Below, in pieces: positions 34,736 to 44,311 of a DNA stretch of 64,000 nt. The first letter of the stretch is position 1, and each line of letters opens with the position of its first letter. The notes below the pieces were generated by a model. It worked only from the letters and a program-made list of their open reading frames with translations, was not told where the DNA came from and did not search any database. Location: IMG/VR virus record IMGVR_UViG_3300025450_001231; one strand, given 5' to 3'. This DNA is from a virus. Taxonomy: Duplodnaviria > Caudoviricetes. The translations under genes were made by a program, and so were the position numbers.

Positions 34736-35308
34736 GCATCGTTAACTCAGTTGGTATAAAAACATAGACCTATGCTAAATATATGTGGAGGTCTATACTA
34801 TGCCAAGTGGAATAAAAGGAAGCAACAGAAAATATAGTTGCCTATATTGTAATAAAGAAAACCTGTGGGGACATAGCAAAATTAATAAATTTTGTAATAA
34901 TGTGTGCCAAGGACAATACAAATGGGAAAACGAAACTATAGATAGAATCGAAAAAGGTGAGGTTCCGGGAGGATCACCTTCTCTAAAAAAATACTTAATA
35001 GAAAAGTTTGGAGAAAAGTGTTTCGAATGTGGACAAGAAAGTATTTGGAATAACAAGTCTCTGGTGCTACAATTAGATCACATAGACGGTGATAGTGATA
35101 ACAACTATCCAATGAATTTAAGATTACTTTGCCCAAACTGCCATACTCAAACAGAAAATTTTGGCAGTAAAGGTAAAGGAAGCAGATACAAGAAGATTAC
35201 AAAGCGTAATCAGTATTTGAGAGAATATAAGAGCCTGGGTGCGTAGAGAGGTGATACGTCTCCTTTACACGGAGAGCGATACTGGTTCGAGTCTCTCACG
35301 ATGCACCA
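34736..35308 (+). pseudogene. tRNA-Val(TAC) split by an HNH cassette
   Basis: 5' piece GCATCGTTAACTCAGTTGGTA (34736-56) is complementary to acceptor ACGATGC-A-CCA (ends 35308); TCTCC-TTTACAC-GGAGA arm lies after the HNH. Confidence 0.7.
34800..35246 (+). CDS. HNH homing endonuclease
   Basis: CLYC...FCNNVC Zn motif; CFECG...LQLDHIDGDSDNNYPMNLRLLCPNCHTQT; GGAGG RBS before ATG 34800. Confidence 0.9.
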   Translation: MPSGIKGSNRKYSCLYCNKENLWGHSKINKFCNNVCQGQYKWENETIDRIEKGEVPGGSPSLKKYLIEKFGEKCFECGQESIWNNKSLVLQLDHIDGDSDNNYPMNLRLLCPNCHTQTENFGSKGKGSRYKKITKRNQYLREYKSLGA

Positions 35309-35313
35309 AGTAA

Positions 35314-35387
35314 GTCTTGCTAGTGTAACGGCAGCATACCGGTCTCCAAAACCGTTGGTCGGGGTTCGAATCCCTGGCAGGACGCCA
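35314..35387 (+). tRNA. tRNA-Trp(CCA)
   Basis: Loop CTCCAAA; acceptor GTCTTGC/GCAGGAC; G73; CCA. Confidence 0.85.
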
Positions 35388-35407
35388 TAAACCTGTGTAA
35401 ATATATA

Positions 35408-36202
35408 ATGAAATTAAATGTTGTTTTACGCACTTGTGATCGTACAAGTTTACAAAGCGATCGTATCGTACCTAAAAATGAGTGTGTATGGCGATGCCTG
35501 AATTCTCTGAGTAGAAGTTTAGAAAAATCCAAAGTAGATTTTCAATTGCACATAGTAGACGATTATTCAAGTGCAGAAACAGTTGATAAAATACAAACTA
35601 TTGCTCCCAAGGGCACAACATTTGATTTACTACCCGAACGAGATCAAACTGGTCTCAATGGTAAACAAAAATCAAGATACTCAGTTAAACAGGCCTACGA
35701 TTATATTCACCGGTTGCCCGAAAATGAATTGGTCTATATAGTGGAAGATGACTACTTGCACTATCCTGACAGCATTAAACTTATGATTGCTGCTTATGAA
35801 TATTTTGTTAGTCTTGATACTAGTATGAGTATAGGAATATTCCCCCAAGATTTTAATCAGATGTACCCACATCCTGAAAATCCATTTAACCACGTATATG
35901 TAAGGCCTTGCATAGTACTTCCCGGGCCTGACCGTTACTATAGAACCACTTGGTACACACAAGAATCTTTTTTAGTCGCCAAATCATTGATTACCAAATA
36001 CCGAGATGGCTTTGATAAGCTATTGAAAATTGGCTCAGATGATGTTTCATGGGAAGGCAGTAGTTTAAGTACAGTTTGGAATAAACCTGATGTTAAAATG
36101 TTAATGCCCTTGGGCACACACACAATACATTTAGGTGCTGAAAGAGACATATCTTTCTTTGTCAAAGATTGGCAAAAACTTTGGGAGCGAAATCGAGTAT
36201 GA
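35408..36202 (+). CDS. GT-A fold glycosyltransferase (GT2-like)
   Basis: CLNSL...HIVDDYSS, VYIVEDDYLH (DxD-like). Confidence 0.7.
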   Translation: MKLNVVLRTCDRTSLQSDRIVPKNECVWRCLNSLSRSLEKSKVDFQLHIVDDYSSAETVDKIQTIAPKGTTFDLLPERDQTGLNGKQKSRYSVKQAYDYIHRLPENELVYIVEDDYLHYPDSIKLMIAAYEYFVSLDTSMSIGIFPQDFNQMYPHPENPFNHVYVRPCIVLPGPDRYYRTTWYTQESFLVAKSLITKYRDGFDKLLKIGSDDVSWEGSSLSTVWNKPDVKMLMPLGTHTIHLGAERDISFFVKDWQKLWERNRV

Positions 36203-37191
36203 ACTATTTGGTAGTCGGGGCAGGATTCAGTGGTGCCACAGTTGCTAGAATGTTAGCAGAACAAGGGCACACTATCACAGTAATAGATCAACGTCCACAC
36301 ATTGGTGGTAATGCATACGATTATGTTGACCAATACGGTCTGAGAGTACACAAATACGGTCCTCATTTGTTTCACACCAGCAATAAAAAAGTTTATGATT
36401 GGTTGAGTAGATTCACCGAGTGGGTACCTTACGAACACTATGGTAAAGCATTGTTAGCCGACGGTACTTATGTGCCTTGGCCCGCTAACCTAAATACCTT
36501 GGATCGTGTTCCTGCAGATGATTATGTCAAAACTTTTATCGAACCTTACTCTACTAAAATGTGGGGCAAGTACTATAAAGAGTTAGATCCTGAAGTGTTG
36601 AATAGGGTCAGGATTCGCGATAATCGTGACAATCGGTATTACGAAGATACTTATCAAGTGTTTCCTGCAAACGGGTACGAAGCATTGTTTACAAATATAT
36701 TTGATCATCCAAACATCACAGTGAAATTGTCTACTCCGTTTGACCGAACATTGGAAACAGCGTTTGATCATACATTTAACAGTATGGCCATCGATGAATA
36801 CTATGATTACTGTTACGGTGCATTGCCCTATCGTTCAATAAAGTTTCATCATTATAGTTTGCCTGTGCCTCATTTGTTTCCTACTACAACTGTTAATTTT
36901 ACTCACGACGGTCCTTACACCCGTGCTACAGAATGGAAACACATTTCAGCACACGGAGAAAATCCCCACTATACATCAATCACCGTAGAAGAGCCCTGTG
37001 ACCCGGCAGAAGTCAACGGAGAAAAATATTACCCAGTGCTGACTCCTGCAAATAAACTGTTGCATAAAAACTACAAAGCCATACCCAATGATCGTGTGAC
37101 TTTTATTGGTAGATGCGGTAATTATGTCTACTTGGATATGCATCAAGCAATATCTTCTGCTATGGCAATTGTTGACTATTATTCCAAATAG
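36199..37191 (+). CDS. glf: UDP-galactopyranose mutase
   Basis: VVGAGFSG, HIGGNAYD, VHKYGPHLFHT, LPYRSIKF, YYPV, GRCGNYVYLDM; start MNYL at 36199. Confidence 0.95.
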   Translation: MNYLVVGAGFSGATVARMLAEQGHTITVIDQRPHIGGNAYDYVDQYGLRVHKYGPHLFHTSNKKVYDWLSRFTEWVPYEHYGKALLADGTYVPWPANLNTLDRVPADDYVKTFIEPYSTKMWGKYYKELDPEVLNRVRIRDNRDNRYYEDTYQVFPANGYEALFTNIFDHPNITVKLSTPFDRTLETAFDHTFNSMAIDEYYDYCYGALPYRSIKFHHYSLPVPHLFPTTTVNFTHDGPYTRATEWKHISAHGENPHYTSITVEEPCDPAEVNGEKYYPVLTPANKLLHKNYKAIPNDRVTFIGRCGNYVYLDMHQAISSAMAIVDYYSK

Positions 37192-37206
37192 TGTTATAAT
37201 AACAGT

Positions 37207-37683
37207 ATGGAAAAAATACAACCAAAACTTTATGTATTAATCGGAGTACCGGCTAGCGGTAAAAGCACGTGGGTCAACGCCCAAAATTGGTCAAATGATT
37301 GTGCTATTGTCAGCACAGACTATTGGGTAGAGCGTGAAGCCAAGAGTCGAGGTGTTACTTATTCAGAAATTTTTGAAGAGTATATGCCTACTGCACTGGA
37401 GTTGATGCTTCATATGGTAGAACTTGCCTACGAAGAAGGTCGTGATATTATATGGGATCAAACCAGTACTACAGTATCCAGTCGTCTAAGAAAAATAAAG
37501 TTACTGCCCGATTACTATAAAATTGCGGTAGTGTGTAAAACCCCGCCGATGAGTGAAATAATGACCAGAGTGAACAACAGACCTGGTAAAAATATTCCAC
37601 GCGATGTGATTGTGAAAATGATTAAAAATTGGGAAGATCCTACCCTTGAAGAAGGATTTGACGAAATTTGGAATATAAACTAA
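37207..37683 (+). CDS. P-loop kinase (AAA_33/polynucleotide kinase-like)
   Basis: GVPASGKST, VSTD, IWDQT...SR. Confidence 0.75.
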   Translation: MEKIQPKLYVLIGVPASGKSTWVNAQNWSNDCAIVSTDYWVEREAKSRGVTYSEIFEEYMPTALELMLHMVELAYEEGRDIIWDQTSTTVSSRLRKIKLLPDYYKIAVVCKTPPMSEIMTRVNNRPGKNIPRDVIVKMIKNWEDPTLEEGFDEIWNIN

Positions 37684-37695
37684 AGGTGTAACATA

Positions 37696-37869
37696 ATGGC
37701 AGGCAAAGCGAAATCAGTTTACTTAACTGTAAACAAAAAAGGGTCCACAAAGACAGAGTTTACCAAAGTATTCTTTGATGCTAAAGCATACAACGAATTT
37801 GTTTCTACAGAAGAGTTTAAGGCTAAATGGCCCGTTGAAGAATATAACATAATAAAAGAAACCTATTAG
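37696..37869 (+). CDS. Hypothetical protein (57 aa)
   Basis: MAGKAKSVYLTVNKKG...YNIIKETY fills the gap; AAGG RBS. Confidence 0.65.
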   Translation: MAGKAKSVYLTVNKKGSTKTEFTKVFFDAKAYNEFVSTEEFKAKWPVEEYNIIKETY

Positions 37870-37889
37870 TAAAATCAAAGGAGGCAACT

Positions 37890-38474
37890 ATGCCTGGCGT
37901 ATTTTTAGTCAGTGACACACACTTTGGTCACGCAGGAGTCTGTAGATTTATGCGAGATGACGGTATTACAAAATTGCGTCCTTGGGATAACACCGAGGAG
38001 ATGGATGAAGCTATGGTCAAGGCTTGGAATGAACGGGTAAAGACCACTGACAAAGTCTACCATTTGGGAGATGTTGTTATCAATCGTAAGGCCTTGAACA
38101 TTATGCATCGCTTGAACGGAGACAAAGTCCTGATCCGAGGCAATCACGACATCTTCAAAGACGAAGACTATCGTGTGCATTTTCGTGAGTTACGTGCATA
38201 CCACGTGATGAATGGATTGATATTGAGTCACATTCCGGTGCATCCAGATAGTTTGGGCCGATTCGGAACCAATATTCACGGACATTTGCACAGTAACCGT
38301 GTAATGACCTCCGCCGGCACCAAAGCCAAGCCAGAAATTGATGTTAGATACCATTGTGTATGCGTAGAACAAACTCCAGACTTTGCGCCCATCTTGTTTG
38401 AAGATGTGTTAAAAAGAATCACAAACGAAGGCGGTACTATCGGATTTAAGAATGGCAACGGCCCTATAATGTAA
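37890..38474 (+). CDS. Calcineurin-like metallophosphoesterase
   Basis: SDTHFGH, HLGDV, RGNHD, LSHIP, IHGHLH motifs. Confidence 0.9.
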   Translation: MPGVFLVSDTHFGHAGVCRFMRDDGITKLRPWDNTEEMDEAMVKAWNERVKTTDKVYHLGDVVINRKALNIMHRLNGDKVLIRGNHDIFKDEDYRVHFRELRAYHVMNGLILSHIPVHPDSLGRFGTNIHGHLHSNRVMTSAGTKAKPEIDVRYHCVCVEQTPDFAPILFEDVLKRITNEGGTIGFKNGNGPIM

Positions 38475-38496
38475 ATACTACACTAATCTATAAACT

Positions 38497-40275
38497 ATGA
38501 AATACGTAACACCCCCAAAACAACCATTACAAACAAACACACAAACGCTGATTCCAACCGGTGTTAATTTAGTTGAACTAAATGCAACTGCAATGGAATT
38601 ACACAACAACCAACAATACGATGCTGCCAGAGAAAAATATCAAGCAGTACTTGCAGTTGAGCCGAATTATTTTGATGCATTGCACCTATTAGGTCTAATG
38701 GAGGCTCAGGCTGGAAATGTAGAGTTGGGTTTGGAATTGTTAGCCAAAGCAGAAACAGTTAATCCCGATGTTGCTTTCTTGTACAACAATCGTGCAGGCA
38801 TTTATAAACTAAACGGAGATCCGGCAGCTGCGTTAGAAGACTGCGATCGAGCACTAAAGCTCAACCCCAGATTTACTGAAGCACAATTGAATCGTAGTCT
38901 AATATTATTAGATTTACGCAGACTTGACGAAGCATTGGCTGCTTCCGAAAAAGCATTAAAAATGTTGAACCATCCCAGTATCCACAATACTCGCGGAGCA
39001 ATCTTGAAAGAGATGGACAAGATTAATGAAGCACAGGCCAGTTTTACTGCTGCAGTAAAGTTAGATAAAACATATCCCGATAGTTATAACAATCGTGGAG
39101 TTATCCTGATGGAAATGGGAAAAACTGAAGATGCTATCAAAGATTTTCTGACGGCATTGGAACTTAACCCATCGCATAATGCTGCCCGTGCAAATTTAGC
39201 AGGTGCATATTCAGACGCACATAAATTTGATTTAGCAATAGAAACCTACAATCAGGTATTAGAAGCAAATCCAACCGACAATCAAGTTAGAACACATAGA
39301 GCTATGTGTTTGTTAAATCTTGGAGATTTTGAAAATGGTTGGGCAGAATACGAAGCTCGTTGGTACGTGACTGAAGGTCCTATGTATAGAAGTTTACCAG
39401 AATACGAGCAACCTTTGTGGACAGGTGAACAACCATTAGAAGATCGTATACTTTTATTGTACTCAGAACAAGGACACGGCGACGGATTGCATTTTAGTAG
39501 ATATGCAAAATATGCAGTTGAAGTATTAGGTGCAAAAAAGGTGTATCTACAAGTAGACGAATCTTTAGTTGAATTGATGGAAAGTCTATCTCCTAAAATA
39601 GAAGTAATTCCATTCCAACAGTCTGCAGTTATTCAATTTGATTATCATTGCAGTCTCATGAGTATGCCTTTGGCCTGTAAAACCAGTTTAGATAATATTC
39701 CTTATCCTGACAAGTATTTGAAAGCCCCTACTAAAAAAGTAAATGCTTGGAAAAAGAAATTAGGCACTACTGATAAATTGCGTGTGGGTCTATGCTGGAA
39801 TGGTGGATACAGAGCTGAGCCACAGTTTCAAATTTCCAATAATAGACGTAACATTTCTTTTGGCAGATACAAGAGTTTTGCCGACGACAATGTTGAGTTT
39901 TACAGTTTACAAAAAGGTGAAGCTGCAGAAGCTGAATTAGCAAAAACACTTAAAGATAAAAAGTGGAAAGGTCCAAGACCTATTAATTTTGTAGATGAAT
40001 TCAAGTCTTATGCTGATACTGCGGCCTTGATTATGAACCTAGATCTAGTTATTACTGTTGACACCAGCGTAGCACATTTGGCAGCTGCAATGGGCAAAAA
40101 AGTATGGATTTTAAGTAGATTTGATGGTTGCTGGAGATGGATGTTGGAAAGATCCGACTCTCCTTGGTATGACAGTATAACACTTTATAGACAAACTGAA
40201 TTTGGCGTATGGGATGATGTGATTGAGCGAGTTGCCAAAGACCTGCACTCATTGAGTGATAATTTTTCAAAGTAA
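38497..40275 (+). CDS. TPR-repeat protein with C-terminal GT-B (GT9-like) glycosyltransferase domain
   Basis: Several TPRs; YSEQGHGDGLHFSRY, RVGLCWNGG, LDLVITVDTSVAHLAAAMGK. Confidence 0.85.
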   Translation: MKYVTPPKQPLQTNTQTLIPTGVNLVELNATAMELHNNQQYDAAREKYQAVLAVEPNYFDALHLLGLMEAQAGNVELGLELLAKAETVNPDVAFLYNNRAGIYKLNGDPAAALEDCDRALKLNPRFTEAQLNRSLILLDLRRLDEALAASEKALKMLNHPSIHNTRGAILKEMDKINEAQASFTAAVKLDKTYPDSYNNRGVILMEMGKTEDAIKDFLTALELNPSHNAARANLAGAYSDAHKFDLAIETYNQVLEANPTDNQVRTHRAMCLLNLGDFENGWAEYEARWYVTEGPMYRSLPEYEQPLWTGEQPLEDRILLLYSEQGHGDGLHFSRYAKYAVEVLGAKKVYLQVDESLVELMESLSPKIEVIPFQQSAVIQFDYHCSLMSMPLACKTSLDNIPYPDKYLKAPTKKVNAWKKKLGTTDKLRVGLCWNGGYRAEPQFQISNNRRNISFGRYKSFADDNVEFYSLQKGEAAEAELAKTLKDKKWKGPRPINFVDEFKSYADTAALIMNLDLVITVDTSVAHLAAAMGKKVWILSRFDGCWRWMLERSDSPWYDSITLYRQTEFGVWDDVIERVAKDLHSLSDNFSK

Positions 40276-40314
40276 CTTCTCTAACTTAAATATTATTTTA
40301 ACCCTTCAACTATT

Positions 40315-41286
40315 ATGTCACTCAAACAAGAAATTCTCAAATATAGCCGCCAAGAAACTATGGCACCACTATCCAGCTGGTTCGAAGCCCAATTGGACGA
40401 TCTAATTGCACAAAATGTCTATGTAGATCAAAACACGCTGGAAGATACTGGCCGCAAATTGGTTAGCGGACTAATTGCCTATGCCAAAAAATACAACATT
40501 CAAACTGCCGCTATCGGTATGAGTGGTGGTGTAGACAGTGCACTGACTGCTGCGTTATTCAAAGCCGCAGGATGGCGAGTAATAGGTATCACTATGCCTA
40601 TTCACCAAAAACAAGAAGAAACTGACCGTGGGGTTGAAGCTTGTAAAGCACTAGGCATTAGCCACAAACACGTGGATTTGACCAAATCATATGATACACT
40701 ACTAAAAAGTATCGCAGAGCACGACCCTGCTATTAACAATGCTGACCAAGCATTACGCAGAGGCAATCTAAGAGTCAGATTGCGTATGATGACCGTCTAC
40801 AACGAAGCCAGTGCTAACAAAGGTTTGGTTGCCAGTACTGATAACTTCAGCGAGTTGGCTGCTGGATTTTGGACACTACACGGCGATGTAGGTGATGTTG
40901 CTCCTATTCAAAGTCTGCTAAAAAGTTGGGAAGTTCCTAAGCTAGCAGAAATCTACGGTGTACCTGACAGCACAGTATTTGCTCGTCCCACAGACGGACT
41001 TGGTATTACTGATGGCGACGAAGATCAATTTGGATTCAGTTATCTTGAATTTGATCTAGTACTAATGAAACTGTGTCAAGCACCTAACTTGACTACACGT
41101 TTGGAAATGATCAACTACTTGAATCTGCCAGATGACGAGCACGTGGTCAAAGTAAATCGTATCTTGGATCGTATCAAGGGCAGTACATTCAAGAGAGCCA
41201 ATCCCTACAATTTAGATCATCCACTACAACCAGATCGTTATCCTGGTCTAAAAAGTGTTGACACTAACTTGTGGACCGCTATCTAA
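40315..41286 (+). CDS. nadE: NH3-dependent NAD+ synthetase
   Basis: IGMSGGVDS, GNLRVRLRM, TDNFSE...GFWTLHGD, PTDGL, DEDQFG.SY. Confidence 0.9.
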   Translation: MSLKQEILKYSRQETMAPLSSWFEAQLDDLIAQNVYVDQNTLEDTGRKLVSGLIAYAKKYNIQTAAIGMSGGVDSALTAALFKAAGWRVIGITMPIHQKQEETDRGVEACKALGISHKHVDLTKSYDTLLKSIAEHDPAINNADQALRRGNLRVRLRMMTVYNEASANKGLVASTDNFSELAAGFWTLHGDVGDVAPIQSLLKSWEVPKLAEIYGVPDSTVFARPTDGLGITDGDEDQFGFSYLEFDLVLMKLCQAPNLTTRLEMINYLNLPDDEHVVKVNRILDRIKGSTFKRANPYNLDHPLQPDRYPGLKSVDTNLWTAI

Positions 41287-41345
41287 TCAATTAGACGAAT
41301 TTGTAATCATGGTATAAATACGGGTGCTACTAACCTGTTACTGCC

Positions 41346-41783
41346 ATGATTTACACCATCAAAAATATTTCTGACCCTCTGGCCACATATCTCAAAGACG
41401 ATCCTGTGCGCCCACACATCCCCCATGACCAACGCTTCGGAGCCAATAGACAAGTATTTGCCTTGACCGACGAAGTCAACACAGTTAAGGCTGTTATTTG
41501 TGCTAGATTTTGCACAGGTATTCCCAGTACCGAACAAGAGCTACTAGCCGATAATAGCACTGACCCTGACACAGTGGTATTCTATACCATATGGAGTTAT
41601 CGACCTGGAGCCGGCCAACAGCTGATACGCGAAGGACTTCAATTGGTAAAAAAAGAGTTGCCCACTGTTAAAAGATTTGTTACACTTAGTCCTCAAACGG
41701 AATTAGCAAAACGCTTCCATTTGAAGAACGGTGCTAATGTATTCAGGATTAACACTGATACTGTTAATTACGAATATATATAG
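41346..41783 (+). CDS. Hypothetical protein, possible GNAT-like fold
   Basis: FYTIWSYRPGAGQQLI, TLSPQTELAKRFHLKNGA; late promoter at 41313. Confidence 0.55.
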   Translation: MIYTIKNISDPLATYLKDDPVRPHIPHDQRFGANRQVFALTDEVNTVKAVICARFCTGIPSTEQELLADNSTDPDTVVFYTIWSYRPGAGQQLIREGLQLVKKELPTVKRFVTLSPQTELAKRFHLKNGANVFRINTDTVNYEYI

Positions 41784-41806
41784 TATCAACTATAACTTAA
41801 CAATCA

Positions 41807-42580
41807 ATGAATTCTGTAAAAAACTATGTGGTGTGTGCTCACCGCCGAATAAAAAGTACCAAATGGATTTGGAAAGATACTAAAGACGAGGGCGATATCT
41901 ACGAACTGTATCGACAGATGTGTTTGAACAGTTTGGCCAGTGCAAGACATTTTCTCGAAGGTGATTGGGAATATGTTGTACTTGATGAAGAAATTGAACA
42001 CATCAATGACGCAATGCCATTGAATAATGATCGTGTGCACGACCTTTGGCACCGTGAACCCTGCAACATTCTATGGGTCGGACCTGACGTGCAGTTTGTT
42101 AAGCCTACAAAACTGTTTGGCGAGTTCAATGAATTCAGACTGTTTAACTGGACTGATCCCAAAGTCTGGTACGAACCTAACCAATATAATGCTCGATTCG
42201 ATAACTTGTTTAACAATGATCTACAGTATTATCCCAGCAATATGGATCCTAAGTTGTGGGAAATTGAACGTGAAATGCGTGCAGCTTGGGACACAACTGA
42301 CGGAATGGGCAGCTATAACAATCAACAGATCATCCATAATACCATGTTCTGGAGTCAGGGATTAGAGTGGGAAGATGCACATCGTCCTGACTTGTTTTAT
42401 CAAGCACAGTGGATTCCCAATTGGGCCAGCATAGCTACTCAAGACGAGTGGAACGGTTGCAAATACGAAGATGCACAAGTGATCCATTGGCACAGCAGTC
42501 GCCACGCACCCACCAAGCTAGCTTGTATGCAACAGGTTAACGAAGCGTTGGGAATCGAACCTGCCACTGAACTAAAATGA
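41807..42580 (+). CDS. Putative nucleotide-diphospho-sugar transferase
   Basis: ILWVGPDVQF (DxD-like) and C-terminal VIHWH typical of GT-A folds; sugar cluster context. Confidence 0.5.
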   Translation: MNSVKNYVVCAHRRIKSTKWIWKDTKDEGDIYELYRQMCLNSLASARHFLEGDWEYVVLDEEIEHINDAMPLNNDRVHDLWHREPCNILWVGPDVQFVKPTKLFGEFNEFRLFNWTDPKVWYEPNQYNARFDNLFNNDLQYYPSNMDPKLWEIEREMRAAWDTTDGMGSYNNQQIIHNTMFWSQGLEWEDAHRPDLFYQAQWIPNWASIATQDEWNGCKYEDAQVIHWHSSRHAPTKLACMQQVNEALGIEPATELK

Positions 42581-43371
42581 AAATAGCAGTTTTAGGTGCA
42601 AGAGGATTCTTAGGATCTTTTCTCTGTCGTTGGCTGAATAAAAAGCACATAGTCATAGAAGTCACAAGAAATATACTCGATCTCACTGACTACATTAGTG
42701 TTAGCCAATGGCTAATGACCGTACAACCTGATGCAGTTATTAATTGTGCTATCAGTGGCGGTGGTCAGGGAATAGAAGATATTAGTTATTCGGATGTCCA
42801 GCGTGATCTACAGATATTTCTTAACTTTTACAACAATACCGGTGGTTTTAAGTACATAAATATTAGTAGTGGTGCTGAGTTTGATCGTCGTACAGATATT
42901 GACAAAAAACCAGAATCTGCGATACTGCTTTCCCATCCACTGGAGTCATACGGCTTTACCAAAAACACCATTTCCCGTATGGTTCTCAACAGAGACAATT
43001 TTTATAATCTTAGATTATTTGGTTGCTTTGACCGCACAGATCCCCCATTTAGACTATTCAAAAAGTTTAAGCTACAACAAGCAATTGCTGTAACTGATAG
43101 GTACTTTGACTATATCAGTGCCAGCGATTTTGCACGAGTAGTTGATTACTATCTGCAGGATATTGTGTTGCCCAAAGATATCAATTGTGTATACGAAGAC
43201 AAATTACTGTTAAGCGAACAACTAAAACTGTTTGCAAGATATCACATAACCAACGCTGAGATTAATGTAATTGGCACTGATAATAAAAACTACACAGGCA
43301 ATGGTCAAGTGTTGGCAGATTTGGATATCCTACTAGAAGGATTAATAAAAGGAATTAAAAAATATGAGTAA
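42577..43371 (+). CDS. NAD-dependent sugar epimerase/reductase (extended SDR)
   Basis: GARGFLG, SSGAEF, YGFTK (YxxxK), LRLFGCF. Confidence 0.85.
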   Translation: MKIAVLGARGFLGSFLCRWLNKKHIVIEVTRNILDLTDYISVSQWLMTVQPDAVINCAISGGGQGIEDISYSDVQRDLQIFLNFYNNTGGFKYINISSGAEFDRRTDIDKKPESAILLSHPLESYGFTKNTISRMVLNRDNFYNLRLFGCFDRTDPPFRLFKKFKLQQAIAVTDRYFDYISASDFARVVDYYLQDIVLPKDINCVYEDKLLLSEQLKLFARYHITNAEINVIGTDNKNYTGNGQVLADLDILLEGLIKGIKKYE

Positions 43372-44308
43372 AAAAGTTGTTTATGTAACAGGTTGCTTGG
43401 GATTTATTGGAATCCACGTGACCCGGGCTTGCCTTGAACAAGGATGGTATGTAACTGGTGTGGATAAAATTACCTACGCCAGTAATACAAAATTCCTAGA
43501 TGAGTTCTTGGCAAATCCCAATTTCCAGTTTATACAAAAAGACATTAACGATTTGGATAGACTGTATGAGTGTGATTATATCATTAATACTGCCGCAGAA
43601 ACACACGTGGATAACAGTATTATGAGCAGTGATGTGTTCTTAAAAAGCAATGTAAACGGAGTGCATCACTTGTTGAAGCTGATTACCGAAAAAGCCAAAT
43701 ACAAAATGCCCACACTACTGCATTTTAGTACAGACGAAGTCTACGGTGATATCCTTGAAGGCAGTCACGTGGAAACAGATTTGTTAAAACCCAGTAATCC
43801 CTATAGTGCTACTAAAGCAGCCGCAGATATGTTGATTTTGGCTTGGGCAAGAACTTTTAACTTACCATACGTTATTGTTCGTCCTACCAACAACTATGGC
43901 ATTGGCCAGTATGTGGAAAAACTTATTCCCAAAAGTTGTAAACATTTGACCATTGGCAAACAAATTGATCTACACGATCGTGGCCTTCCTGTTCGCACTT
44001 GGTTGCACGCAGAAGATACTGCTCGTGCAGTATTAACCATTATCAACAGTGGGGTTCAAAACGAAATCTACAACATCAGTGGCAACGCTGAATTGCAAAA
44101 CATTGTGGTAGTTCAAAAGATTATCGAATACTTTAACGGTGACAAGGACTATGCCAAATATCTTTTTGATATGGTGCGTGTGGGACAGGATCAAAGATAC
44201 AGTATCGATGATACTAAACTCAAAACTTTGGGCTGGCAACCACAAGCAAAGTTTGACAAAGAGCTGAAGAAGATAGTACAATACTACAAGAACAACTTTA
44301 TTTGGTGA
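43364..44308 (+). CDS. rmlB: dTDP-glucose 4,6-dehydratase
   Basis: GCLGFIG, DKITYAS, AAETHVDNSI, STDEVYG, YSATKAAAD, NNYGIGQY.EK. Confidence 0.9.
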   Translation: MSKKVVYVTGCLGFIGIHVTRACLEQGWYVTGVDKITYASNTKFLDEFLANPNFQFIQKDINDLDRLYECDYIINTAAETHVDNSIMSSDVFLKSNVNGVHHLLKLITEKAKYKMPTLLHFSTDEVYGDILEGSHVETDLLKPSNPYSATKAAADMLILAWARTFNLPYVIVRPTNNYGIGQYVEKLIPKSCKHLTIGKQIDLHDRGLPVRTWLHAEDTARAVLTIINSGVQNEIYNISGNAELQNIVVVQKIIEYFNGDKDYAKYLFDMVRVGQDQRYSIDDTKLKTLGWQPQAKFDKELKKIVQYYKNNFIW

Positions 44309-44311
44309 TCA

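Noticed and set aside
29841-35387. Complete tRNA set
   Set aside because: No tRNA-His or tRNA-Phe found in the window, and Val is interrupted
30960-35532. Track ORFs 30960-31250, 32133-32315, 32425-32682, 35265-35447 and 35320-35532
   Set aside because: They overlap tRNA genes or real CDSs, with no RBS or protein motifs
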